A stretch of DNA of 63,819 bases, counting the filler, from Pseudovirgaria hyperparasitica (Eukaryota), in the NCBI GenBank assembly GCA_010093815.1. It is 6 parts of 6 records of this genome, joined end to end, with 100 filler letters (N's around TTAATTAATTAA, not from the genome) between each part and the next. Parts side by side here need not be neighbours in the genome. Positions count along the whole stretch, not along the records: positions 1 to 19,104 come from ML996615.1; 5 more parts are not named here. The stretch is one strand, 5' to 3'. A program made the translations under genes and the position numbers. The notes beneath the pieces are model-generated. The model was not told where the DNA came from. It worked only from the letters and a program-made list of their open reading frames with translations, and searched no databases. Below, piece after piece: positions 1-10,077 of the stretch; position 1 is the first letter of the stretch, and the number at the start of each line of letters is the position of its first letter.

Positions 1-2107
1 AGGTGGTATGCTTATTGGCAGCAGGCTAAGACGCAGAGTCTCGCGACTCGAGAAGGAGTGAGATATCCACGTTTGCAGAAAACGTGAGCTAGCGGAGTCT
101 TCGCCAGCTCTAGCAAATATATGTCTCTAAAAGTCTCAGGCGCGGGTGAAAGGAGTCGCAGTGTAGCAGTGTTCAACAGCCAGTTCTCGACTATGCCGAA
201 CCCTTGCGCGCCCTCCTCTCCTACGTTCACCTTCTACCCACACCATACCAACGTGAGATACCTAGTCGACCAGCAAGTGTTCATGCGCTCAACCGAAAAC
301 ATAAACAAGCCGCATATGCCGGCTACAGAGCGCCTAAGAATATAAGTCGTGGGAGCCATGCAACCATAAGGTTTACGCAAAAGAAAGCACGTCGACTTAG
401 CTAGATGAAATGACAAATCTAGACACGCGAGAGCGCCATGTCGGTAGCCCCTGTATATTCATACATGTGCTGCTTCGGAGGTGCGGTTATGCTCCCTCCG
501 ACTATCAAAGCTATATACTGCTCTTGGCAACAAGGTGTTGCCAAGAGCGGCTACTTTCGCAAGGTCGCCTTACGGCGCTGCAGTACCGACTCGAATCACA
601 CCGAGAGTTTCAAAGTGTGGTCACGGTGGCGCTGTGGATATGCCGGTCACAGCGTAAGCCATGTAGCTCAATGCATGAGCCGCACGAGAAACGTCGATGC
701 AAGTCTGTACGGAGACTAGGACCTGCTCCCTTAATGCCACTTGGGTCCCGTAACTATCAGGATGAAGCCAGAAAATGAGATGCAAGGCTGGAGTTCTGAC
801 TCTACCCACTCCCCCTACCTGTGGTCTTGCGTACTCGTCCCAATTCGAAGATGCTATCTCAAGATGTACACCCCGTGCCAACTCAACCCAAGCAATCATC
901 CCTATCATGATCTGCCTGGGTAGGAGTGTAGGTGACCATGCTAGGAACTTGCAAGCCACCATCCTGATTGAGCTCTTCATTACTTCTCCCGTAAGCACGA
1001 AGGGGCCGTTTAGGAGCACATCAGACGCAGCAGGTAAGCCAGACATATCGCGTCAGCCTTTTCATTGGTCCACACGTACGCGATCTCTGCTACGGAGATT
1101 ACTTGTCCCAATGTCCTTATAACTCAGTGTGTGTCCCAGTCCGACATGATACATGAGACTGACTTCTCCAAGCGTCATAAACAGGCGAGAAAAAGCCACA
1201 ACGGCCTTACAAACCCCTCAACTTGGCGGAATGGTTTTCGGATGCTGACTTCGGCACATACAATCCGAATCCATGCAAGCTCAATCTGCTTAAATATTCT
1301 AATAGAAAGGAGTGTGGTCAATAAGACATCCATCCGAATGCCTCCCTGCTATGAAGCTAGCCTGTTGCTATCGATTCAAATCATCTAAGCTTCTTCCCTA
1401 GCAGTTGACGAAGTGCCCTTTTCCAATACCTCTCTTTATTTATGCAAAAGAATCTGTGATGTCGCGGATGTAGTTTGAGATGTAGTTGACGAAGAACCTG
1501 CAGCGCTGGACACCGTCGATGGTGATACCTCGTTAACGGGAAGACTTGAGCGCCCATGAGCTACGCTGCGTCTACCTCTTCAATCTTCAGGGGCACTTCA
1601 GTGAATTTGCGTCTTCTTTTGAGTCGCCGTCTTGAGTTCGCGAAGGGGCAGCATGGGTAGATTGTGGCCGAATCCGGCAATCGCGCTGGAACATGGACAT
1701 GTTGCATGGCTTTTCGGTTTCGAGAGTTGGGCTCCCATTCTACCTCTCCGAAGAATGAAGACGAAGTGCCTCGAGCCTGCATTTCTAAACTCGTTTCCGA
1801 TAACAGCTAGTCTGCCGTTGCGTCATCAGCGCTAGAAGAGCCCGTACGGCCATCGGTGGCATGCGGGCTGCAGAAGGGCCTGCAACTATTGGCCAGTAGG
1901 CGTTCCCTGTATAGCGGCGCGATGGCGGGTAGAAGTGGGCCTTTCCGAAAAGCGGAACCCCAAACTCGGGAAAGCGATAGACGGTAGGGCGCCGAGGATC
2001 AGCGAGCCCGCGCGGGCGATTAGGGAGAGCGGGCGCCATTGTTGCCAAGGCTGCTTCCGTCAAGGGCCCGTACGGGACTTTCGCGAGTGCGGGCGACAGG
2101 GCCGCAG

Positions 2108-2219
2108 TGTTGATTATCACTGTGGCTGAGACAGGGGCTAGCGATATGGATGTATATATATATAGCGTCCTCCCCCGATATTCTAGTAGTACAATTAATC
2201 TCAATCACTTGCTTCAACA
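2108..2219 (+). repeat. 5' LTR (112 bp)
   Basis: TG...CA ends, 6-bp terminal inverted repeat, central TATATA run; same sequence as 8187-8298. Confidence 0.97.
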
Positions 2220-2231
2220 GGTTATGAGCCC
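2220..2231 (+). promoter_or_regulatory. Primer-binding site GGTTATGAGCCC
   Basis: Abuts the LTR. It is the reverse complement of GGGCTCATAACC, the anticodon stem-loop of initiator tRNA-Met, which is the half-tRNA priming mode known for yeast Ty5 and Drosophila copia. Confidence 0.9.
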
Positions 2232-2613
2232 GGGTTTTGCACGCATCAAACATAAAGATACCATATCTACAAGCTAAGCTTCCGCAGCAAGTGATAACCT
2301 TATCAGAGATAAAACTGACATCGATAACATAGCAACCCAATGAAATCTCAAGATGAGGCGGAATATACTTGTTCCGCCCGAATCACATACGCCACAGATG
2401 TGATGGAATCAGATATCACAGTGACACGATAAGTTGCCGAAGTCACAGGACCATATGGCACAGTATTGCGATAAGACGCCGAGGTCATACGACCACTTAT
2501 CACATTTGCACGATAAGATGCCGCAGCCAAGGGATCAGATACCATTATGGCTGCTCTTTGGGCAATGAAGCTATATGAGAACGATGTGCAATCAAGAATA
2601 AGGGGTCGAAAAG

Positions 2614-3456
2614 ATGCCAACACCAGCTCCAAGACCCAAGATCGATCTCTCCGAGTTACTACCTCTTCCAACAAGAGAGCCCTTACATTTGCCTCCAAGG
2701 AGGTTACCTCGACGTATAATACGTCACTCCTGGACAGATGACGAACTCAATCTCATTTCATACCTGAGACTGTACCACAACTGGCCTTGGATTCGTATCC
2801 AGAAAACGTACCTCCCGTCTATGACGAAAAGCGCCATCAGTAACGCCTACACACGCACGTCCGATGAGGACCGGGTTTACCGTGCATCAATTGTCGCATC
2901 TCTGACCAAGAGCACGTCTACTACCTCTAGCACTCTGGACAACACATACCAACAATTTCTTACTCGTGCCTCTTTCTCGAGAAGACTACCAGGGCCTTCA
3001 TCCCGCTCCACCCGCAACTTAGCTCCTCAACCTAGAAGACGCGCCGCCATCATTAGCTCGTCCTCATCGAGTTCGGCAGAAGAAACTCAGACAACGTCCC
3101 ACAACGTTACGACTCGCTACAACCTCCGACCCAACAGATCACGGAGCTTTCAGAGGACTGGCGAACCTCTGGATCAGGTGGACCAGATACGTTTTCCCCA
3201 TTGTGCCAGGACGTGCAGAAATCTTTCAAGATTGCACACGGTCCTAGACGAAGATTACGTACCTCCATCGCACTCGCCTACGCCAGACTTATCCGATCGT
3301 AGTCCTTCTAACCTCTCAAGTGCACCTGGTAGCATATCCAGCCTGGAACTTTTCGGTCTGGAAGTGCGTCCAGCCGACTCGCCAGAACGCCTTCTCTCTC
3401 CTGGATCTAGCTTCTCCAGCGACGGCGCCGAGTTCTTCAGCGCTGAAGAGAACTGA
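2614..3456 (+). CDS. Extra retrotransposon-internal ORF (280 aa): N-terminal Myb/SANT-like helix-turn-helix followed by an S/R/P-rich disordered tail
   Basis: Lies between the PBS and gag. WTDDELNLISYLRLYHNWPWIRIQKTYLPSMTKSAISNAY (2731-2850) has W-x18-W-x19-Y Myb-type spacing. It ends 8 nt before the gag ATG, in a different frame. Confidence 0.7.
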   Translation: MPTPAPRPKIDLSELLPLPTREPLHLPPRRLPRRIIRHSWTDDELNLISYLRLYHNWPWIRIQKTYLPSMTKSAISNAYTRTSDEDRVYRASIVASLTKSTSTTSSTLDNTYQQFLTRASFSRRLPGPSSRSTRNLAPQPRRRAAIISSSSSSSAEETQTTSHNVTTRYNLRPNRSRSFQRTGEPLDQVDQIRFPHCARTCRNLSRLHTVLDEDYVPPSHSPTPDLSDRSPSNLSSAPGSISSLELFGLEVRPADSPERLLSPGSSFSSDGAEFFSAEEN

Positions 3457-3464
3457 ACAAGATC

Positions 3465-6400
3465 ATGGATAACATTGCGAAGTTTGAACAATTTGGTCTC
3501 AATGCGTTCTACAATGCTATCCCAGTGTTGGACAACGCCAACGGTTGGTTCAAGTGGAGCCAGAAGGTCAACGAGTTCGTTCGAATATCTGCTGTTGCCG
3601 ACGACGGAGCAGATCCGCCATTGGAAGAAGAGGACTTGCAGCAATGGCATCGCCGCCAAAAGTTCTACTCGGCGATGATCACGGCTAAGCTGAGCCATAA
3701 CGCCGCGCAACGAATCAATGCCTCTGGCATTCGGCGAGTGGAAGCTCTCCTGAAAGCCGTCAAAGAGAACTTCAAGCCAGAAGGCTCTGGAACGTATGTC
3801 CACCTGCAGCGGCGATACATGTCCCTTACACGAGAGACCTGCGGGAGTGCCCAAGCACTCGGAGCTGAGATCAGACGGATCCACGCCGAGAAGCTTCTCC
3901 TCGATCCCAGCTGTGTCACCTCGGAGATTGAGCGCACATTCTTCTTCATGCACGCGCTGGGGCCAGATTATGAAAGCTTTCGCGATCACATCTTCAGACA
4001 GATGGATCTTGTCAACGACAGAGATGCCGACGGTCATGTCATCAAAGCAGCACCTACGTTCGATTACATCGAAAACAAGGCAATCGAAGAAGAGCACAGG
4101 AAGGGCCAGCTGGGGAAACCTCCCACGGAGGTGCAAGTACTTCCGGCCCTGGCCATGCTACGAGGGTCCGGCCACAAGAAGGTTATACCCTCGCCGAACG
4201 GAACCGCCTGTCGGATCGAGATTGACAATGTGCCCTACTGCTCATTCTGTCGCACTCCTTATCACGTGGAGATCAAGTGCTTCAAAAAGAACCCCAGCTT
4301 GAAGAGTCAGAGTCGAGAAAGCAGGAGGCACAAGGCACAAATGACTGACCCACATCACGGCGGGCGCAAATCGCTCAAGAGGCAGCACGCCTCCGATGAT
4401 GAGGAGGACGATGTGAGCGGCCCGAAAGACCCCAAGAGGCCGACTTTCATGGCAACAACGACTCTGATAGACGACGTCAATGCGGCATTTGGAAAGGATG
4501 TTGAGTGTCATCTCGCGATGATGGCTGCGAAGACACTTCCCATCCGCGACGCCTGGATCGTCGATAGTGGCTGTGCTCAACACGTCTGCAACAACGCGTC
4601 GAGGTTCGTTCAGATAGACGAATATCACGGGCCCCCGCTCCGAAGCGTAGATGCTTCGACATGTCCTTCCGGCGTAGGGACGGTAAATGTACTGTGTAGC
4701 GCACGAGGCAGGAGGAAGTGGCTTGTCCTCGATCACGTTCTTTTCGTTCCGTCTGCACACGCGAATCTCATCTCCGTGCTCCAGCTCCTAAATCGTGGCG
4801 CAAAAGTCGAATTCTCCAGCCAGGGCGCTCTCATTCGGAACAAATCGAACGGGAGGAATCTGTATACGGCAAGTCAGTACCAAGGGGTATATGCGCTCGA
4901 TCTGTGGACAAACCTCTGCTTCCCGGCCTACCATGCCAGCGCTCAGCTGCGACTCTGGCACAATCGACTGGCTCACTTGAGCGACGCAAATCTGCGACGG
5001 CTGAAAAAGCAAGCTCATGGTGTGCGAGACATGGAGCCAAGAGATCCATGCAACCCATGTCTCGTAGGAAGGATGATAGAGAAATCCCATCGCCATCCGG
5101 GTCGAAAAGGAGAATACCCAATGGAACTCCTCCACATGGACGCCGCAGGCCCGTTCGACGAGGGGCTCGATGGTAGCCGATACTGGCTTACCATCGTCGA
5201 CGACTGCACTGGCTGGATCGAAGTCATCCCCATACCACGACGACAGGGATTCGTTATCGAATCGCTACGCTTCTTTCTCGATCATAACGAACGTCCAGAA
5301 CGAAAGTGCCGGCGCATACGTCTGGATCGGATTCCCGAGCAAGTGGGAGAAGAAATGAAGTACGTCCTCTTCTCCCGGGGCATCCAGGCCGAGGTCACGG
5401 GAATCGACCAGCACCAGCAGAATGGTGTTGCCGAACGAGCCCACAGGACGATCTACGACCGAGTGGGGCCCACCCTGGCCCATGCACGCCTCCCGTGGAC
5501 GTTTTGGCCAGAAATAGCTCGAACGGCAGCCTACCTTTCGAACCGCTCGCCCTCGTCTAGGCTTCAGATGACGCCTTATCAGGCCTGGTATGGAGACAAG
5601 CCTGACCTCTCGAGGCTAATAGTGGTCGGATCGAGGGGGGAGTACCTGGTGCCCCCGAAGCAGAGAAAGAAGCTCACGGACTCGAGAACGAGACCGTGTG
5701 TTTTGCTAGGCTATGAGGGCAATACCAACTACCGCATCCTACTTGCAGATGGAAGGATCGTTGGGTCCCCGAATGCCGAATTTCAAGAAGTCCTTAACGC
5801 CCCCTCCACACAAACGATACCAGATGTGGGAGCTGAACGATATAGCTTACCTGAGGCAACGGCTGCTGCCGCAGGGGGGAGCATGACGGTAGGGCTAGAT
5901 AATGAACCGTCAACCTATTTGCGGCGACCATCCGTACCAGCATCTGGGCGCCACATATCCTTGGCGCCGACAGAGCAAGCGCTATCTCAGCTGAGTGACG
6001 ATGACTCGCAAGCGCCATCCAAGACGAGTAACAATATCTCGCAAGAACCATCCAAGTCGAGTAACAATATCTCGCAAACAACCCGACCGTGTGACGATAA
6101 CACGGAAGGGCGAGCGCTCTCCCGATCGAGTAACGATAACTCGCAGCCAATTGCTGAACAGGGAGCTATAACCCTGTCGTCTCCTAGTAGTGATGATACT
6201 TTTGGATCCTTTACCGATGGTCCGGAAGAAATCGATCCACTGTCGGACGGCGACCAGCAACGGGACGACGCTCCACATGATCGAGCAGCAGGAGCTTCAG
6301 TACAGAATTCAGAAGCCCAGCTTGATCGCGCTCAATATACAGCGCAACACGTACTTTCGCAACGCCATCCTGAACTGCGAGTTCGTTTCTCGCAGAGCAC

Positions 6401-8036
6401 AGCCGACGTACTCAGCGGCGATGAACAAGAACTCGCGCTGATGAATGTTGCTGATGATAACGTAATCCCAGCTCTCCTAACAGTGGCCGCAGCAGAAACG
6501 GAACCCTTCGAACCCAAGACCCTTCGTCAAGCAAGAGATGACATACGCTGGCCTGAATGGGAGAGGGCCATGCTCGAAGAAGTCGACTCGCTTAAGCAGA
6601 ACAAGACGTGGGAGCTTGTCGAACCGCCCAGAGATCGACGAGTGCTCAGCGGTAAATGGGTCTTCAAGCTCAAACGAGGACCCCACGGAGAAATCGTTCG
6701 CTACAAGAGCAGATGGGTGGTGAGAGGCTTCACGCAAGAGGAAGGCATCGACTACGACGAAACATTCGCCTCGGTGGTGAAGCCAATGAGCTACAAGGCA
6801 CTGTTTTCAATCGGAGCTGCCTTGGACCTTGAAATCGAGCAGATGGACGTCAAGACTGCTTTTCTATACGGTGACATCGACCATGAGATCTATGTTGAGC
6901 AGCCCCATCACACGGCGGATGGAACACGGAGAGTCTGCAAGCTTCGAAAGGCACTCTACGGGCTCAAGCAGGCGCCCCGTATCTGGTTCCAGACGCTTAC
7001 CAACTTCTTGCAGAAACTCGGCTTCGAACCCATCAACGCTGATCTTGGCATCTTCGTCCGGAGTAGCATGTACATTGCGGTGTACGTGGACGATCTCTTA
7101 ATCGTGGGACCAAGCATCGCAGAGATCAAAAGCATCAAGCGCTCCCTGAGAAATCGGTTCCAGATGACAGATCTCGGGCCGTGTAGCTACTACCTGGGGA
7201 TGTCCATCCAGCGAGATCGTCAGAACAGGATCCTTTACCTCAGTCAAGGCGTGTACATCGACAAGATCGTTCATCAGTTCGGACTCGACCACTGCAATCC
7301 AGTCAGCACGCCGATCGAGACTTCACTGCCGCATGATAACAGCCCAGACTACAGCTGTACTCCAAACCAAAGGGCCGAGTATCAGCGCGTTGTGGGATCC
7401 CTGATGTACATCATGCTCGGGACCAGGGGGGACATCGCGTATGCAGTCTCTATTGCAAGCCGATATTTGATAAACCCAGGACCTCAACACATGAAACTCG
7501 TTCGGCGGATCCTACGGTACCTGAAAGGTACTAAGAATCTCCGGCTGACCTACAAGGGTACTCTTCAAATGTTGAAAGGATATACGGATGCGGACTGGGC
7601 TGGCTGTCGCGATACTCGACGATCGACTGCCGGATACTTGTTTAATATCGGGAGTGGAGCAATCAGCTGGCAATCCAAGCGACAAAGCGTCGTTGCACTT
7701 TCCACCTGCGAAGCAGAGTTCTTGGGGCAGACCCAGGCAACCAAAGAAGCAGTCTGGCTGAGAAGACTTCTGGAGGAATTGAATCTGAGTCAAGGGAAAG
7801 TCGCAACGATCATATGTGGCGACAACCAAGGAGCTATCGCACTATCCTCGAACCCGCAGTACCACTCACGCACGAAGCATATGGATATTCAGCGCAAATG
7901 GCAAGGAGAGATCCGAGAGGCAGGAACTGTTGAACTGAAGTACGTTTCAACAGCAGAGCAGATAGCTGATGGCTTCACGAAGCCATTAGCGCGAGATAGG
8001 TTCGAATGGTTTCGAAACGGGCTAGGCATTGAGTAG
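3465..8036 (+). CDS. Copia Gag-Pol polyprotein (1523 aa)
   Basis: Zn knuckle CSFCRTPYHVEIKC, protease WIVDSGC, integrase WHNRLAH...CNPC / HMD / QNGVAER, RT YVDDLL, RNase H DADWA...DNQGAI...ADGFTK. Integrase precedes RT, the copia order. Confidence 0.98.
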   Translation: MDNIAKFEQFGLNAFYNAIPVLDNANGWFKWSQKVNEFVRISAVADDGADPPLEEEDLQQWHRRQKFYSAMITAKLSHNAAQRINASGIRRVEALLKAVKENFKPEGSGTYVHLQRRYMSLTRETCGSAQALGAEIRRIHAEKLLLDPSCVTSEIERTFFFMHALGPDYESFRDHIFRQMDLVNDRDADGHVIKAAPTFDYIENKAIEEEHRKGQLGKPPTEVQVLPALAMLRGSGHKKVIPSPNGTACRIEIDNVPYCSFCRTPYHVEIKCFKKNPSLKSQSRESRRHKAQMTDPHHGGRKSLKRQHASDDEEDDVSGPKDPKRPTFMATTTLIDDVNAAFGKDVECHLAMMAAKTLPIRDAWIVDSGCAQHVCNNASRFVQIDEYHGPPLRSVDASTCPSGVGTVNVLCSARGRRKWLVLDHVLFVPSAHANLISVLQLLNRGAKVEFSSQGALIRNKSNGRNLYTASQYQGVYALDLWTNLCFPAYHASAQLRLWHNRLAHLSDANLRRLKKQAHGVRDMEPRDPCNPCLVGRMIEKSHRHPGRKGEYPMELLHMDAAGPFDEGLDGSRYWLTIVDDCTGWIEVIPIPRRQGFVIESLRFFLDHNERPERKCRRIRLDRIPEQVGEEMKYVLFSRGIQAEVTGIDQHQQNGVAERAHRTIYDRVGPTLAHARLPWTFWPEIARTAAYLSNRSPSSRLQMTPYQAWYGDKPDLSRLIVVGSRGEYLVPPKQRKKLTDSRTRPCVLLGYEGNTNYRILLADGRIVGSPNAEFQEVLNAPSTQTIPDVGAERYSLPEATAAAAGGSMTVGLDNEPSTYLRRPSVPASGRHISLAPTEQALSQLSDDDSQAPSKTSNNISQEPSKSSNNISQTTRPCDDNTEGRALSRSSNDNSQPIAEQGAITLSSPSSDDTFGSFTDGPEEIDPLSDGDQQRDDAPHDRAAGASVQNSEAQLDRAQYTAQHVLSQRHPELRVRFSQSTADVLSGDEQELALMNVADDNVIPALLTVAAAETEPFEPKTLRQARDDIRWPEWERAMLEEVDSLKQNKTWELVEPPRDRRVLSGKWVFKLKRGPHGEIVRYKSRWVVRGFTQEEGIDYDETFASVVKPMSYKALFSIGAALDLEIEQMDVKTAFLYGDIDHEIYVEQPHHTADGTRRVCKLRKALYGLKQAPRIWFQTLTNFLQKLGFEPINADLGIFVRSSMYIAVYVDDLLIVGPSIAEIKSIKRSLRNRFQMTDLGPCSYYLGMSIQRDRQNRILYLSQGVYIDKIVHQFGLDHCNPVSTPIETSLPHDNSPDYSCTPNQRAEYQRVVGSLMYIMLGTRGDIAYAVSIASRYLINPGPQHMKLVRRILRYLKGTKNLRLTYKGTLQMLKGYTDADWAGCRDTRRSTAGYLFNIGSGAISWQSKRQSVVALSTCEAEFLGQTQATKEAVWLRRLLEELNLSQGKVATIICGDNQGAIALSSNPQYHSRTKHMDIQRKWQGEIREAGTVELKYVSTAEQIADGFTKPLARDRFEWFRNGLGIE

Positions 8037-8186
8037 TGTTTGGAGTTTACCAGCCCCCGCTGATACACACACGGGTTCCCTTTCCTTCTTTTCTCCCTCA
8101 AGTGGGTTTTGGAGGTTTTGATGGGGCCTGTGAGAAGCGTGATACAAGATCGTTGACACACCCTTCGGGTGTCCAACGAGTGGGAG

Positions 8187-8298
8187 TGTTGATTATCACT
8201 GTGGCTGAGACAGGGGCTAGCGATATGGATGTATATATATATAGCGTCCTCCCCCGATATTCTAGTAGTACAATTAATCTCAATCACTTGCTTCAACA
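8187..8298 (+). repeat. 3' LTR (112 bp)
   Basis: Matches the 5' LTR; preceded by the PPT and followed by TSD CGCAG. Confidence 0.97.
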
Positions 8299-9647
8299 CG
8301 CAGGGTCAATTGTTTCGTGCGGGTCACATGGCCCTGCGGTCATATTGATTGTGCGGACAATTCGCCCCCAGGGACTCCAGGATCAGCGAATATCGTCACA
8401 GATGCAGTGTGTTTGGTGGAGAGCATGGCTGCATGGAGCGGCACGGCAGGTTCAAATGGTTACGCATTCAACATTGTCTTTCCATGCAATTATGGAATTG
8501 ATTGCTTGTATCCAACCGTCGGAAGTAGTCATTGACAGAGAACACACCCGATACATCTACATTACTAATTTCTGTCTCAGCCGCTGTAATATTAGGCTGA
8601 TATGGGTGGCTTGTCTCGTGAATAGGGTGGATGAATCAAGCTTAGTGTAAATCAATTTTCTGCCAATCCTTCTTCGACGATGGGGCAGCAGATAAGGGCA
8701 ATGGGAAGGCAGGTTGGAGCAGATGGTAAGGGATGTACTGTTCGTTATACTTCTGAGTGGAGAAGTAGTCGTAGCACAGACGATCAAAATCCGAGCGGTA
8801 TGTGTCCGTTCTCGTGTTGCTGCGAGATGCCCGCGGACACAGTGGGATATCCTAAGGTAGATTAGCGCCCTCTTGACCCCACAATCCAATCACAGAGCTT
8901 GACGTTGCTGGTCTTACAAAGGCCGGCACAGTCATTGGCTACCACCTAGCGCAGTATTAGATTTCCGACTTTCATACAAAAGGCAAAGCGCGATTAAAAA
9001 TCAACTAATGAGTGCACGAAATTTGGAACGTGATGTATATATCTTGTGCCATGATATATTATACCCCTAAGTAGAGGGTTATCTTAGTTATGATGCTAGG
9101 CGTGCGATAAATAAAAAAAATTAGAGATTTTCCCAGACCCAATGATTACTGCATAAAGCGTAAAGGGAATAGAAACTTTACGCCTTAATTCTACGTAGTT
9201 TTTATAGTGATTTCTCTATATATGTGATGTATGTTCATTGCTGAAGTTTTCGCAAAGCTGATGGAGTGAGCTCCACTTTTCACGTGATTTGATTTCTCAT
9301 TGCACCCACCTGCTTGTAGAATTCGAGTGGCGTCCTTTTCCCACGCTGCACGGCCATAGTGGGAATCGCAATTGGGACAGGAAAATATCGCGCCCTGTAA
9401 ACAGTGGCCAACTATCAGATCGCTCCTGGCGAGATGGGAAAGCGTCTGTGGGCGGGATAGAAGCTGGGGCTTCCTTTAATCGAAGACAATGCCTACCCTG
9501 CTAGCCATTTCTCTGCCCCACCAAGATTCAGGTTGAGGCTATGTGTGCTGAGTATTATTAGCATATCATGTGATTAAATAATTATGTCATACAGACACGT
9601 CATCAAGTCTACACGTACCCCTCTTCACAACGAATGATTAGGCAGCA

Positions 9648-10077
9648 ATGACTCCAGCACAATTTCTCATATGGAACAAACTACCGAACACCCACTTTGC
9701 ACATTGTACCGGAACGTCGCGATGACTTCGCTGAGACCGGAAAGCTCTGGAGAAACGGCAGCGGACGGGATAATGAATCCTAATGATCCAGTTAAGCGTA
9801 CAATTTAGGTCGCACGAGAAGCCGCTAATCGTTTCTTTACATTGAGCAGACTGTCTATGACGTTTGGAGGCAAGCCGATGGCATATTCAAGAAGGAGGAG
9901 GCTCATAAATGGATATCGTTTTTACCGAACAAAGAAGGAGGGGTTGGCTTTGTACGAGTCATCGGAGGCGATGAAGGTTACACGACGGACAAACCACAGA
10001 AGTTTTTCGTTCCTTCAGGACGAGACTGCGAGGTGCTTGGGTGTAAAATCATGTTCTCTCGAGCGGAAGCTCTTTGA
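9648..10077 (+). pseudogene. Probable small gene or pseudogene of unknown function
   Basis: 9850-10077 is a 75-codon open exon (TVYDVWRQADG...EGGVGFVRVIGGDEGY...CEVLGCKIMFSRAEAL*) preceded by a GT...GCTAAT...CAG intron-like segment. The upstream part needs frameshifts to join. The 3' end overlaps the convergent minus-strand gene. Confidence 0.4.

Larger units (their letters stand above)
2108..8298 (+). mobile_element. Full-length Ty1/copia LTR retrotransposon (half-tRNAiMet-primed, Ty5/copia-like)
   Basis: Identical 112-bp LTRs (2108-2219, 8187-8298; TGTTGA...TCAACA). 5-bp TSD CGCAG at 2103-2107 and 8299-8303. PBS directly after the 5' LTR and polypurine tract GAGTGGGAG at 8178-8186. Single gag-PR-IN-RT-RH ORF. 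Confidence 0.98.

Noticed and set aside
621..1835. Short ORFs upstream of the copia element
   Set aside because: Possibly a decayed gene, but I could not support any domain or consistent exon chain.
2614..3465. Stop-codon readthrough fusing the Myb-like ORF to Gag
   Set aside because: The gag ATG is 8 nt after the stop and out of frame, so simple readthrough cannot fuse them.
3255..7829. Numerous antisense and alternate-frame ORFs within gag-pol (likewise within the LINE and the 864-aa and 564-aa genes)
   Set aside because: Shadows of long coding sequences with no motifs of their own.
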